Positions 25,040 to 37,972 of a stretch of 64,000 bases of DNA are shown in pieces. A model generated the notes under the pieces. That model worked only from the letters and a program-made list of their open reading frames with translations, was not told the origin of the DNA and made no database searches. The position numbers and the translations under genes are program-made. Numbering within the stretch: position 1 is the stretch's first letter; the number at the start of each line of letters is the position of its first letter. The DNA comes from Octopus bimaculoides (Eukaryota). The DNA lies in assembly GCF_001194135.2 (NCBI RefSeq), contig NC_068992.1, positions 52,211,287-52,275,286 on the forward strand, written 5' to 3'.

Positions 25040-25995
25040 TTTAGCATCCATTTTTCTATGCTGGTATAGGTTGGATAGTATGACAGCGTCTGAGAAGCTG
25101 CAGCGATGGGGAGAGGGTTTTATGAAAAATATTGTAGGCTGAAGTACCATAGAGGGAGGAATGGTGGTTCCTTGCTAAAGGGGAAATGTATGGCTTTCCT
25201 ACATTAAGCAGGAGTAGGCGATAGGTGCTGGATTGAAGATAAAGATCATGGTAACAGGGTAACAGTGCATGCACTCAAGGTACAAGAATGTGAGAATAAG
25301 GGAGAATATAGTTTGTGGTTCAAGAAGGTAAACAGGTGAGGGCAATTTCATAAGAATGTGGGGAAAAGTGTGACAGATGGTTAGAAATTAGGTTAGATGT
25401 GAATGCAGTGAGGGATGAAAGAGAATGAATATGTGATAGATGGTAAATATCAGTATGAAGAGGAGGAGAGAGAGATAGAAATGGCTCAGGAAACTGGAAG
25501 TAATGGATATTAACACAGAAAGTGAGAGGAGCAGCAGTATCATGTATCTTTAGGTAGATTAGAGCAGAGGGAGATGTGCAAGGTGCAATAGAATTGGGGA
25601 TCAGAAAGAAATTAGGCTGGCTATAGTGAGAGGGGCAACAAAAGGGAAGTGGGTAGATATGAAATCGGATGGAGAATGACAGCAGGTAAGAGAGGTGCTA
25701 AACATGATGTATGTCAGATTAAGATGTAACCCCAGAGTGGAGAAAGAAATTGCTGAAAAGCATAGAAGGGGAAAAATTTATGGAAAATAATATGGACAGG
25801 GGTGAGAGAGAAATAACTTGCAACGCCAAAAGGAGTGTGTATGACGTATGTGGTGATTTTGCTCTCAAATGATTACAGCAGCAGGGTGGTATCAATGTTA
25901 GGAGAGTGATGGAGGGGCGGGTTTATTCAGGAGAAGTGATGCCGGTGGAGGAATGCTTGATGTAGATAAATTGGGTGTCGGGCCGAGTGTGGACA
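25040..25995 (-). mobile_element. Unclassified decayed retroelement-like segment
   Basis: Abrupt compositional shift (G-rich on +); one minus frame largely open over about 190 codons with few stops; no diagnostic motif recognised. Confidence 0.4.
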
Positions 25996-26193
25996 TAAAT
26001 AAACAGAATGCTTTTAAAAACTCACTTTTTCTGTGACAGATGGTTTTTTTTCAAGCACAGCAAATCATCAATCATCAATCATCTTAGTCCGATATCAATT
26101 CTTACATGAGACTCGTCATCTTGTGTGTGTGTGTGTGTGTATGTGTGCATATGTCTGCGTGTGTATGTGTGTATGTACGTATGTATGTATGCG

Positions 26194-26225
<32 letters not shown>

Positions 26226-26814
26226 NNNNNNNNNNNNNNNNNNNNNNNNNNNNNNNNNNNNNNNNNNNNNNNNNNNNNNNNNNNNNNNNNNNNNNNNNNN
26301 NNNNNNNNNNNNNNNNNNNNNNNNNNNNNNNNNNNNNNNNNNNNNNNNNNNNNNNNNNNNNNNNNNNNNNNNNNNNNNNNNNNNNNNNNNNNNNNNNNNN
26401 NNNNNNNNNNNNNNNNNNNNNNNNNNNNNNNNNNNNNNNNNNNNNNNNNNNNNNNNNNNNNNNNNNNNNNNNNNNNNNNNNNNNNNNNNNNNNNNNNNNN
26501 NNNNNNNNNNNNNNNNNNNNNNNNNNNNNNNNNNNNNNNNNNNNNNNNNNNNNNNNNNNNNNNNNNNNNNNNNNNNNNNNNNNNNNNNNNNNNNNNNNNN
26601 NNNNNNNNNNNNNNNNNNNNNNNNNNNNNNNNNNNNNNNNNNNNNNNNNNNNNNNNNNNNNNNNNNNNNNNNNNNNNNNNNNNNNNNNNNNNNNNNNNNN
26701 NNNNNNNNNNNNNNNNNNNNNNNNNNNNNNNNNNNNNNNNNNNNNNNNNNNNNNNNNNNNNNNNNNNNNNNNNNNNNNNNNNNNNNNNNNNNNNNNNNNN
26801 NNNNNNNNNNNNNN

Positions 26815-26852
<38 letters not shown>

Positions 26853-26855
<3 letters not shown>

Positions 26856-26983
26856 CAATCATCCCTCACCATTTCATCCACGTTCTCCTGTCTCACTTTC
26901 CAACAGCTTCCATCCAATTTAAGAGATTGGCCCTTCTTCATACACTTGTCATCATCCACACGCATGACCTGACCAAGCAATCT
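26853..26983 (-). pseudogene. RTE LINE ORF C-terminal fragment
   Basis: LRLLGQVMRVDDDKCMKK..ENVDEMVRDD resembles RTE RLRW.GHV.RM..GRPR.TW.E.V..D. Confidence 0.65.
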
Positions 26984-27995
26984 CAATATGTATGCATACA
27001 TTCATACATACATACATATATATATATATATACACATATATATACACACACACACACATACATAAAAACATACATCTCTTTATGTTTGCCCATTTCTCTG
27101 TATGTATGTTTGTGTATATAAAGACAAAACAGTGAGAACGAGAACAAGTTTTGGGAAAAATATTGGTACTTCTTTTTCTATTCCCAATGATCAATATATT
27201 TTCATAAAAATTAGATGCTTTATATATAAAAGACTACGTACATCCAGTAGAAATTAAATTGGTTGCTTCTTCCTTAATCCAAATTTGAATATTTACATAG
27301 TCAAATTACTAAATAGAAATCAATAATTGTTTTGTTTGATAATTAGATATATACTGGTTATAGTTCTAAATTATTGTTGACATCGTATTGCAATTAATAT
27401 TAAATATCATTTGGTTGCTTATTAATTTAACTATCAGTCAATGATACAGAATACAAGTGACACTTATACAGCTACAGTCAATATGAATATATTTAAGGGT
27501 AGACACAAGAATTGAAACAGACCATATTTCAGCTTTATTCTCACCAGTTATAGTTCATTATTTTATTATGAATATTAATTCAGTTTACCCAAGTATCCAA
27601 AAACTACTATCTTTAGACATGCTAATCAGATTGAACAATTCACATTTTTCAGCTAATGAAATATGTCAGCATACATATGTTCAAATACAATCATATTGTT
27701 AGAAATTTCGCTTCATAAACATACAATTCTCATTTGATCATACTGTGTGATTACATTACAAGTGCCTTCTATTCTAGCCTCTTGGCCAATGCAGTGAGAG
27801 CTAAAGAACTGTGTAGAAGTGGTTTATGTATACATACATACATGCATATATGTTTATATATATAGAAATATATATGTATATATATATAGAAATATATATG
27901 TATATATATGCATATATATTTATATGTATAGAAATATATATGTATATATATGTATATATATGTATATTCATATATATGCATATTCATATATATAT

Positions 27996-28095
27996 AGAAT
28001 TCAAGCTGTAATTACTGCCAAAGGTCGTCTTACCCAATATTAAAATAAATTTGTTTGAAATTTTAGAGTGTTTCCATCATTTTATCCAACCCCTG
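27996..28095 (+). mobile_element. Tc1 3' end: transposase C-terminus and right TIR
   Basis: [15 protein letters not shown] then GTGTTTCCATCATTTTATCCAACCCCTG|TA. Confidence 0.8.
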
Positions 28096-29019
28096 TATAT
28101 ATGTATATGAATGCATATTTAAATATATATGTATACGTTTGTGCATGTGTGCATGTGTATATATATATATAAACACTTTCACACATATAAATACATATAT
28201 ATGAATATATACACAGAGACATATATATCCTGTACACTCATTTTTCACACTCCATCACTCATGTATGCATTGTCTATCACACAAATGCTGACTAAATTGC
28301 TCACACATTACATAAAATCATTACTCCTTATTTTTGTATGTTTAAGCATTCCTACAGGTCTATACATGTATACATGTATCCATACAGCCAACATGTCCGA
28401 TCTGCGTAAATGAAAAGAAATCGATAGATTTATAAAGACATAAATATATGCATATGTGAAAATGTGAACACAGATACATATGTACAATATACTTGTCTAC
28501 AGTTTGGATACATGTAAAAAAATGAACATAGGCATAAATAGGGACAGCACAGCTAAAGAGATAACTACATAGATATATAAAGATAAGTTTGAACATAAAG
28601 AGATCAGGGAAGAATCCAAAAGTTTGTGAATACGGAATCAAACAGCAACATCTAAATTAAGTAAGCGTTTAATTAATTTAAATAACTTAAGTAAATTGAG
28701 ATGACATTTGAGACAATAGAGATTAATTTACATAAAGACTAATGTTAAATCACTTGGATTGTGTACAGAGGATCATAGGATAAAATATAAGGAAATGTTT
28801 AAACTGAAAAATCAGATGTAGTAATACATATTATTAGAATTCTATGTTAATTGAAATGTACAAAGGGTGTAGGATAAAAGTAACCTAATATACTTTATTC
28901 TAGCATATGTTTGTGTTTATGTGACTTACAGTAAATAAAATTGTTATTCAGCAGTGACATTAGAATATGGGATCTACAGGCAAAATAGAAGTCTAACCAT
29001 TCCAAAAGTAGACACCAAG

Positions 29020-29125
29020 CAGATGACAACGACAATGACAATGATGATGGTGATGATGATGGTGATGATGATGATAGTGGTGGTGGTGGTGGTGGTGGTG
29101 GTGGTAATGATGATGATGAGGTGGA
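29020..29125. repeat. (GAT)n/(GGT)n compound microsatellite
   Basis: Visible runs. Confidence 0.9.
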
Positions 29126-30589
29126 GGAACACAAAGGAGAAGGAGAGCCAGAGGATATCAAACAACAGAATTTTTCTATATGGTTCTGGGATTTATTAAA
29201 TTGCAAACATGATTACCAAAAAACAAAGCAAAATTTTTTAATACAGAATTCCAGGAGAAATCCATTGTCAAAAGTATAAAAAAAAAATTTCTAATTCGTT
29301 TTTGTATTATTTGTTACAGGTCATTTTTAAATGAGTTTGCTGTTAGTGGAAGAATTTTTATTCTCCCCATCAAATGATTACACAATATTATTACAGGTAA
29401 TATTTCCTTCATTGACCTGTTTGATTACATGACAGGCAATTACTAATTGTAATATTTTATCAGATATCTTTTTAAAAAATAAATATTAGGATTCCTCTGA
29501 TAGCTTAATAATTATAATTAGGAATGTCATTTAGCTATACACCAATTATTTCAACAAACTATAAGAAACAGGAATTTGCAAGGATATTTCAGCCTGCTCT
29601 GGTAAAAGTTCTTTCTTGTGGAATAACTTTCAATTCAATTTAATTTATATCTTCTACTGTAATGAATGGTAATCACAGTGAGAATCATATAACTTAGTCC
29701 AACAATTAAAATTAATTGAAGAGCTTATGATAAAAGAAAAGAATAAACAACACTTTTAAATATGTTGTAATTAAAATAAAAGGACAAAAGGAAATTTCCA
29801 AATTGGAAACAATAGCTCCTAAAAAGAAATAATTTAAAAACAGGAAAATTTCAAATTAATTCTGGTGTTAAGCTTTGTTCCATTGCATTCAAGCATGAAA
29901 TTAGTTATGTGTAATTTGAAGTACGTCTGATGAAGATAATAGCATTGGTTTGAAGCTAAATTAACACAATTTAAAACTCCCAGAATATTTACAAATGCAG
30001 AAAGCAAAACAAAAAAAAAAATTTTATGATAGAATTCCCATCTCTGGTAACATTTGGCACTTAAAATATTATTTCCAATAGTATTTTCACACACAAAAAA
30101 ATGTAATGCTAAATATTAATGTTCCGCAAACATAAACACTTCTGATGCTTTCTAAATCCATATATTTTTGAGTAAAGTTGCTAAACCAATTACATCTGAA
30201 GGATGGGAGTAAAGTGTTCAGTCATGGCAATATTACTTTAAATTTTTATAAAATAGTTAATAATTTCATTGTTGCAGGTGAGAGAGCACCTTAGTTTTAT
30301 GTTTAGAAATGGTTAGTCACTGTAATAGGTAACTTAGCAAAATAAATTGGAAATAAAAGCAGAATTGTAATTATTTGTCTGAATATAAAATAGAGAACTA
30401 AATACCAGATAGAGTTTATACTGAAGAGGGCAAAATCAGAGAAACGGAGTTCATGGTTTTATGCAAACATGTGATCAAAAACGTAATTTCACTAGAATGC
30501 AAAAGAGTTTGCTTCAAAGGAAATGCATTAAGAAGAGATGGTAGTAGTCAAAAGTTCTAACTCAAGACAGCAATGAGACCAAAAATATA

Positions 30590-30993
30590 AAAAAACAAGT
30601 GCCACACCCTAGCAGTTGAGGGAACCTGTGGAAGAGGTAGGTTATGAGGTACGACCTTCAAACACTGGGCCTCACCGAAGCAATGACTTCTGACCGAGAC
30701 CTTTGAAAATATGCTGTGCATGAGAAGACCCGGCAAGCCAAGTGAGACCTAAATCCAAGGCCTCTGCCAGGGGTGTAGCCAGCCTTACTGGCTCCTGTGC
30801 CGGTGGCATGTAAAAAGTACCCACTACACTCTCAGAGTGGTTGGCATTTGGAAGTGCATCCAGCTGTAGCAAATCTGCCAGAACAGACTGGAGGCTGGTG
30901 CAGCCGCTGGCTCTCCAGACCTCAGTCAAACAGTCCAACCCATACCAGTATGGAAAACGGATGTTAATCGATGATGATGATGATGATGATGAT
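30590..30993 (+). mobile_element. RTE LINE 3' end (ORF C-terminus, 3' UTR, (GAT)n tail)
   Basis: KCHTLAVEGTCGRGR..DLQTLGLTEAMTSDRDL*KYAVHEKTRQAK*, then family A 3' UTR and (GAT)n. Confidence 0.85.
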
Positions 30994-31005
30994 ATATAAA
31001 TATAT

Positions 31006-31060
<55 letters not shown>

Positions 31061-32623
31061 TGAATGTATGTATGTATTATGGTCATATAATGTTGAAAGC
31101 ATCAGTTGTCATCCAGTCACTGAAGTTAAGCCACGTTGAAACTAGTGAGTACTTAGATAGGTGACCACTTGGGAAACCTAGGTACTGTAAGCGTCTCACA
31201 CTTTTTATAGATGCAAGAGTGGCTCTAGACACAGGAATGGCTGTGTGGTAAGTATTTTACCTGTTTTATGTTCAAACAGTCCAGATCTGACCTCTCATAC
31301 TTAACCTACAATATCATTCACAATATAAACAATCTCATCACTGAAATTTTGAAGCTGCTTGATAAAGCATTCTTAATTCAAAACAGTGTGAATGACCAAG
31401 CATTACATTTCAGAGAATAATCTGCTGACAGCTTTTGAGAGACCATAGTTGCTTCATAGGCCTTAGCTGTGTTCGTGACACTGATCTCCCTCCCTTTAAC
31501 AATTTCAGTGTAGTAAAGCATGTTGCAATGTTTACAAGAATTGTAATTGATGATGTTAGAGGAGCAACCGTCAAGATGATCAAGGATTATAAATTGTCCT
31601 TAGAAGCAGCTACTTTGACTAAGAAATATATGAGCAAGTAGTGTTGCATCACCTGCAGAACATTTGAATGTTCTACTTTGAGCTTGCTTAGAAGCTATGA
31701 TGCTACTGACATGAAGGTTGCATGAATATTTATCCCTTAAAGGAGAATTGAAGAAACTGACAGAAGATAGCATGAGATGTTAATGGTTCCCACAGAATAA
31801 GGATATCGAAATAAAGAATACTGTCTTTTATCTTCATAAGCATCAGTAATCGTTGTTGACTCGAACATATGCTTCAACTTGCTTGAGATTTGACACAGAA
31901 AAATATAGAATTATATTAACAGAAAACAGAAAATTTTAACTGCAAATTAATATAAGGAATGTGAAACATGCAGATATATTAATACTAGTCATTGCTTCAG
32001 AAAATCATTCTGTGATAAATTCATTGTTCTCAGGAGATAATCATTGAAATACACTTCAGAGAAAATGGAATAAAATAATATTAATAGCTACTTTCATTTA
32101 GATGACTAATTCATTAATACATTGTCTTGAATATCATTAAGTAATTTATAACTTAAAAGTGCTTATTTCAAGTAATATTTCAACTACAAGGTCATTATAG
32201 TTTCAAAAAGGTTTTCACAATTAATGACATAAACATTTACGTCATGTTAACAAGGAAATTATTTAATAATCATCTCTATGTATGCAGACTACTACACAAA
32301 TATGTATGTCTTTGAAATATGTTTGCATATAGCACTCTTGTTTATTATAAGTGGAATATATTGAGCAAAACAATTGCAAGTGCGATTTGTCAAAAGAGGT
32401 AGAAACATAAAAGCTAGTTTTAAATACTGCAAGACATGAAAGATTTAGTATCAATATAAATTTTGATCTCCTAATCAGGAACAAACTGATAACCTCTTTG
32501 AATAAATGTTAAGTGCCAAAAAATATAGGTAAATTTCTTGAATCAAAGAGATAAAGCAACTCTAAAAACTCAATAAAAAGCATTTTCCTTATATGCATGT
32601 ATAAATGCGTGTATGTATTTAAA

Positions 32624-32672
<49 letters not shown>

Positions 32673-33027
32673 GTATATATGTATATATATATATNNNNNN
32701 NNNNNNNNNNNNNNNNNNNNNNNNNNNNNNNNNNNNNNNNNNNNNNNNNNNNNNNNNNNNNNNNNNNNNNNNNNNNNNNNNNNNNNNNNNNNNNNNNNNN
32801 NNNNNNNNNNNNNNNNNNNNNNNNNNNNNNNNNNNNNNNNNNNNNNNNNNNNNNNNNNNNNNNNNNNNNNNNNNNNNNNNNNNNNNNNNNNNNNNNNNNN
32901 NNNNNNNNNNNNNNNNNNNNNNNNNNNNNNNNNNNNNNNNNNNNNNNNNNNNNNNNNNNNNNNNNNNNNNNNNNNNNNNNNNNNNNNNNNNNNNNNNNNN
33001 NNNNNNNNNNNNNNNNNNNNNNNNNNN

Positions 33028-33058
<31 letters not shown>

Positions 33059-33102
33059 TATATATATATATATGTATATAGATATATAGATATGCATATA
33101 TA

Positions 33103-33691
33103 TGAGGGTGCAAAATAGTACCTACAATTGCTAGAAATGAGAGCTAAAATGTACAGCCAAGCAAAAGCACTTACCTCATGAAATAATTGGGACTGCAAGC
33201 AGCAAGCCACACCATCTTTCTTTGGTGTGATAAACTCACAGAATGAAGTAGTTTAATAAAACCTTATCATGTGATTTCGAAATTGGATCAATAGGATCTT
33301 GTTTCTCATCAGATGTTTCTACAATTACTCTGGGTTAAAAAGGGATAGACTGCCTCCCATTTATTTGGGAGAAAAATACCATTGTAAAGCTAATTTTAGT
33401 GTTCACTTTTCAACGGTTTTTTTCTCATGAACGAATGAGAGGCAGGCTATCTCTTTTGTGAGAATCTATGATGACAAACAATATCCTATTGAGCAAATTT
33501 CAGAATCACATGATAAGATTGTATGAAACTACTTGATTCTTGATTCTGTGAATTTATCTCGCCAATGAAAGATGTTGTGGCTTGCTGCTCAGAGTCCAGA
33601 ATATTTCATGAGTTTAGTGCCTTTGTGTGGCTGTTCGAGTCATATTTTAGCTCTCATTTCTAGCAATTGTAGGTGCTATTCTGCATCCTCA
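33103..33691. mobile_element. Fold-back MITE with mariner-type ends, arms about 255 bp
   Basis: Left TA|TGAGGG (decayed TACGAGGG); 33103-33356 aligns along its length to the reverse complement of 33439-33691; 82-bp spacer. Confidence 0.8.
33258..33319 (-). ncRNA. Type I hammerhead ribozyme candidate
   Basis: AAACAT-CTGATGA-[GAAA caa GATC ctatt GATC caa TTTC]-GAAA-TCA ca TGA-TA|AGGTTT; stem I 5/6 paired. Confidence 0.55.
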
Positions 33692-33769
33692 TTTATCAAT
33701 TTTACCTTTTTGGTTTTAAGTGCTATGGCCACCTATATTACAATGTATTTAATATATCTTAATATATCA

Positions 33770-34255
33770 ATATATTATAATATCTTATTATTTCCCCTCA
33801 CAGCTGCAATGTTTTTCTCAGTTCTGCTGGTTGCAGGTCTCCCAGAGCATTCATCAATATCAACATTTTTTCTGCCATCTTGGAAACATCTGAACCACTT
33901 GTACACTTGTATGCAGCTCATACACTTTCTGCAACTTTGCACTGGCCTCTGAGCAGGTATCGCCATAAGAACTTTCTGAGATGGTTAATGCGACGATCAC
34001 ATGCTACATATGTTCCTTCCAAGCACTGCTGTAAACAGCGTGCTTTACCTTCATTGCAATGGCAACAGACCGGATCATTTCAACATCTAACATGTGGCAC
34101 CCATTGCACCTGTGCAGGTAATGTCGATTCACTGGAGGGAGTGAGTCTATGTCTACACAAGCATTTGATCACTATGCACAAATCACCTGTGTGGCTGGTT
34201 TATAAGAAATTGTCGAACCCACATACATCATCTAACGACAAGAGATTCCATCATA
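33770..34255 (-). pseudogene. mariner transposase 5' fragment
   Basis: GDTCSEASAKLQKVY.. and VYKWFRCFQDGRKNVDIDECSGRPATSRTEKNI (mariner HTH, SGRP motif); frameshifted. Confidence 0.8.
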
Positions 34256-34827
34256 NNNNNNNNNNATTTAGAAACATCAAGATACATCTAGGTAAACTTT
34301 ACATCAATGCATCAATTTTCCTGTTCAATCTAAAATAAACCGTAAAATCTTAATAGCCTCATTTTTAATATATCTTTTACGAAATGTAATTTTTATGGTT
34401 TAATTTTAAAGCTTAAATGCAAATATCATCCCTTCTCTATCAAATCAACTAATTAACTCTCATTCACTGCAACATTTACTTTGTGTTACAATCTATAAAA
34501 CTATTAATGTCTTTGACACTTCTGGTCTATATTATTGTGTCACACAAGCAAATCTTTGATTTCCATGTATTATTTTTACATTGCAATTTTGCCTTTGTAG
34601 TTGTGGTTTATTTTGCTGTTATAAAACAAGCACTGGTACAAGCCAATGTTTCATCTACAAAGATACAATGATAGACTGTAATAAAAAAAGAATTTTTTGT
34701 TTTGTTGTTAATGTTGTTCATGTTTGCTGTTGTTTAAGTAGAAGATGTATAAATATAGTGTGGTATAGAATATATCTCTAGCAGATCAAGCAATAACATG
34801 AATACCTCAGTATGAGATGAAATATTC

Positions 34828-34983
34828 AGCCTCTCAGACCTACCCTGCAATGTCATACTAAATAGAAATAAGTACATCATTGAAATCTCAAAGCTATGAG
34901 ATAATGTCTGATTAATTGAAAAGAATAGGAAAGAATAGAATAAATGAGGATTATATTTGACAAATTATCTGAATGCTAAAGGG
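34828..34983 (+). mobile_element. TTAA-type MITE family 1, right part
   Basis: Ends AATGCTAAAGGG|TTAA; internal match to 6767-6982. Confidence 0.7.
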
Positions 34984-35187
34984 TTAAATTTAGCTGAAAA
35001 AAAAAATCCTGAATTGGGACTAGTTTGTAATCCTTTCTTCACCCCTAAGTGAATCCACCAACCTATAGTATGTATTGGAAATTGTAATAGATTTTAGTGA
35101 ATACAACTGAAAGCAAATATATTTATACATAAGATTTATTTAATATCCAAATATATACATACCTGAATATCTATACACAGACAGATA

Positions 35188-35233
<46 letters not shown>

Positions 35234-35921
35234 NNNNNNNNNNNNNNNNNNNNNNNNNNNNNNNNNNNNNNNNNNNNNNNNNNNNNNNNNNNNNNNNNNN
35301 NNNNNNNNNNNNNNNNNNNNNNNNNNNNNNNNNNNNNNNNNNNNNNNNNNNNNNNNNNNNNNNNNNNNNNNNNNNNNNNNNNNNNNNNNNNNNNNNNNNN
35401 NNNNNNNNNNNNNNNNNNNNNNNNNNNNNNNNNNNNNNNNNNNNNNNNNNNNNNNNNNNNNNNNNNNNNNNNNNNNNNNNNNNNNNNNNNNNNNNNNNNN
35501 NNNNNNNNNNNNNNNNNNNNNNNNNNNNNNNNNNNNNNNNNNNNNNNNNNNNNNNNNNNNNNNNNNNNNNNNNNNNNNNNNNNNNNNNNNNNNNNNNNNN
35601 NNNNNNNNNNNNNNNNNNNNNNNNNNNNNNNNNNNNNNNNNNNNNNNNNNNNNNNNNNNNNNNNNNNNNNNNNNNNNNNNNNNNNNNNNNNNNNNNNNNN
35701 NNNNNNNNNNNNNNNNNNNNNNNNNNNNNNNNNNNNNNNNNNNNNNNNNNNNNNNNNNNNNNNNNNNNNNNNNNNNNNNNNNNNNNNNNNNNNNNNNNNN
35801 NNNNNNNNNNNNNNNNNNNNNNNNNNNNNNNNNNNNNNNNNNNNNNNNNNNNNNNNNNNNNNNNNNNNNNNNNNNNNNNNNNNNNNNNNNNNNNNNNNNN
35901 NNNNNNTAAATAAATAAATAA

Positions 35922-35998
<77 letters not shown>

Positions 35999-36676
35999 CA
36001 TTTATTCAGGTGTGTGTGCATCTGTGTGTGTGTGCATGTATGTGTTTGTGTGTTTGCGTTGTACTAAAATGTTTATACAGGTTTATATTAGGTAAAACGA
36101 TGAAAGTTATTTTCTGTTGCTATATATTGATTTGATAAGCTTATTAAATATCTAACCTTTGGCTCATTCTGAGATATATTAGTCATGGAATACTCATAGA
36201 CTGCAAAGAACCTACATGACCTCGAAACCTAACCAGAAACTATATACGATGCTACAAAACCATTAATCACAAAATACATAAACTAATAATATATTGCCTT
36301 ATTTTCAAAGTTCTAGATCGAGGAAAAGATACCAGAGAACCTCCCAGAAAGTGAGATTGATTAAAAGATTAAAAGATTAACTTATGAATGAGCAAGCAAC
36401 ATTTGACTATATAATTTATAGTGTTACAACAGGTGTCAGCAGTTCTTGTTGCTATAATGTTTTCTTTAAGGAAATGTTTGTCTTAAATGAAAGCATTATT
36501 ATTCTTGACAGTAATTTCACTGCATCATAGATAATAATTTCAGTTGATTATATTTTTCTTTCGTATGATATATGAAAATACATATATTCATTTATACAGA
36601 CATACATTTATACATACATACATCCATCCATCCATACATACATACATACATACATACATACATGTGTGTGTGCGTG

Positions 36677-36713
<37 letters not shown>

Positions 36714-36728
36714 ATATCTATATATATA

Positions 36729-36767
<39 letters not shown>

Positions 36768-37629
36768 NNNNNNNNNNNNNNNNNNNNNNNNNNNNNNNNN
36801 NNNNNNNNNNNNNNNNNNNNNNNNNNNNNNNNNNNNNNNNNNNNNNNNNNNNNNNNNNNNNNNNNNNNNNNNNNNNNNNNNNNNNNNNNNNNNNNNNNNN
36901 NNNNNNNNNNNNNNNNNNNNNNNNNNNNNNNNNNNNNNNNNNNNNNNNNNNNNNNNNNNNNNNNNNNNNNNNNNNNNNNNNNNNNNNNNNNNNNNNNNNN
37001 NNNNNNNNNNNNNNNNNNNNNNNNNNNNNNNNNNNNNNNNNNNNNNNNNNNNNNNNNNNNNNNNNNNNNNNNNNNNNNNNNNNNNNNNNNNNNNACACAC
37101 ATATATAAGTATATATATGTGAGTGTCAGTATCTACGTATGTATGCATGTATATATACACATAATATTGTATATTTCATCTCTTCACACTACATACCACC
37201 AACAGATAATTTATAGAACTTTTAAACTAACAATTCTTACAATTGTTTGCAAACTCTGTTTTGGAATTATTCTAAATTCTTTTATAAAACAACTTACAGA
37301 TTTGTTGATAAATTCCACTCCATATAAAAATGTTGAAATCCTGTTTACTATGAAACCTGAACACAAAGTAAAAATTGCAACAGCACGCACATGATATTCC
37401 ACCTAATTATATCCACCTAAGTAAGTTTTGATTATTTTGTGATACACACATATTTAGGCAGTTGGAATACCATTGAAATCCTTGTGTATAGTCTTAAACT
37501 GAATACAGTAAAACGTTTGCATTCAACTTATGAAAGGATTTTCAGTTTAACTGTACAGCTTCTCTGCTCATATTCACACCATAATTAATAGCCACTGATA
37601 ATTAGTTTTGCAATGTAGTACTAGCTGTA

Positions 37630-37972
37630 GTAGACACATAGCTCAGTGGTTAGAGCATCAAACTCACAACGATGAGGTAGTGAGTTTGATTCCTGAACCA
37701 GGCTGTGTGTTGTGTTCTTGAGCAAGACACTTTATTTCATGTTGCTACCAGTTTACTCAGCAGTAGAAATGAGTTGCAACATCGCTGGTGCCAAGCTGTA
37801 CCAGTCTTTGTCTTTCCAATAGATAACATTGATGGCATGGAGAGGGATGCTGGTGTGCATGGGTGACTGCTTGCCTTCCATAAACAGCCTTGTCCGGATT
37901 TGTACCTCAGAGAGGAAAGTTTCTAGGTACAATCCTATGGTCATTCATGAACAAAGGGGTTCTTTACCCTTT
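37630..37972 (+). mobile_element. tRNA-derived SINE family D, near full length
   Basis: A box TAGCTCAGTGG, B-box-like GTTTGATTCC, TTCTTGAGCAAGACAC; body matches 2905-3233. Confidence 0.8.

Noticed and set aside
27240-27310. Minus-strand exon-like segment (FDYVNIQIWIKEEATNLISTG) with GTACGT donor
   Set aside because: All three frames from the available acceptor contain a stop
29320-29396. 77-nt segment with good acceptor and donor
   Set aside because: Stops in all frames; could only be non-coding and has no other support
37673-37681. TGAGGTAGT, identical to the let-7 5' end
   Set aside because: Lies in a SINE head, diverges after 9 nt, no precursor hairpin
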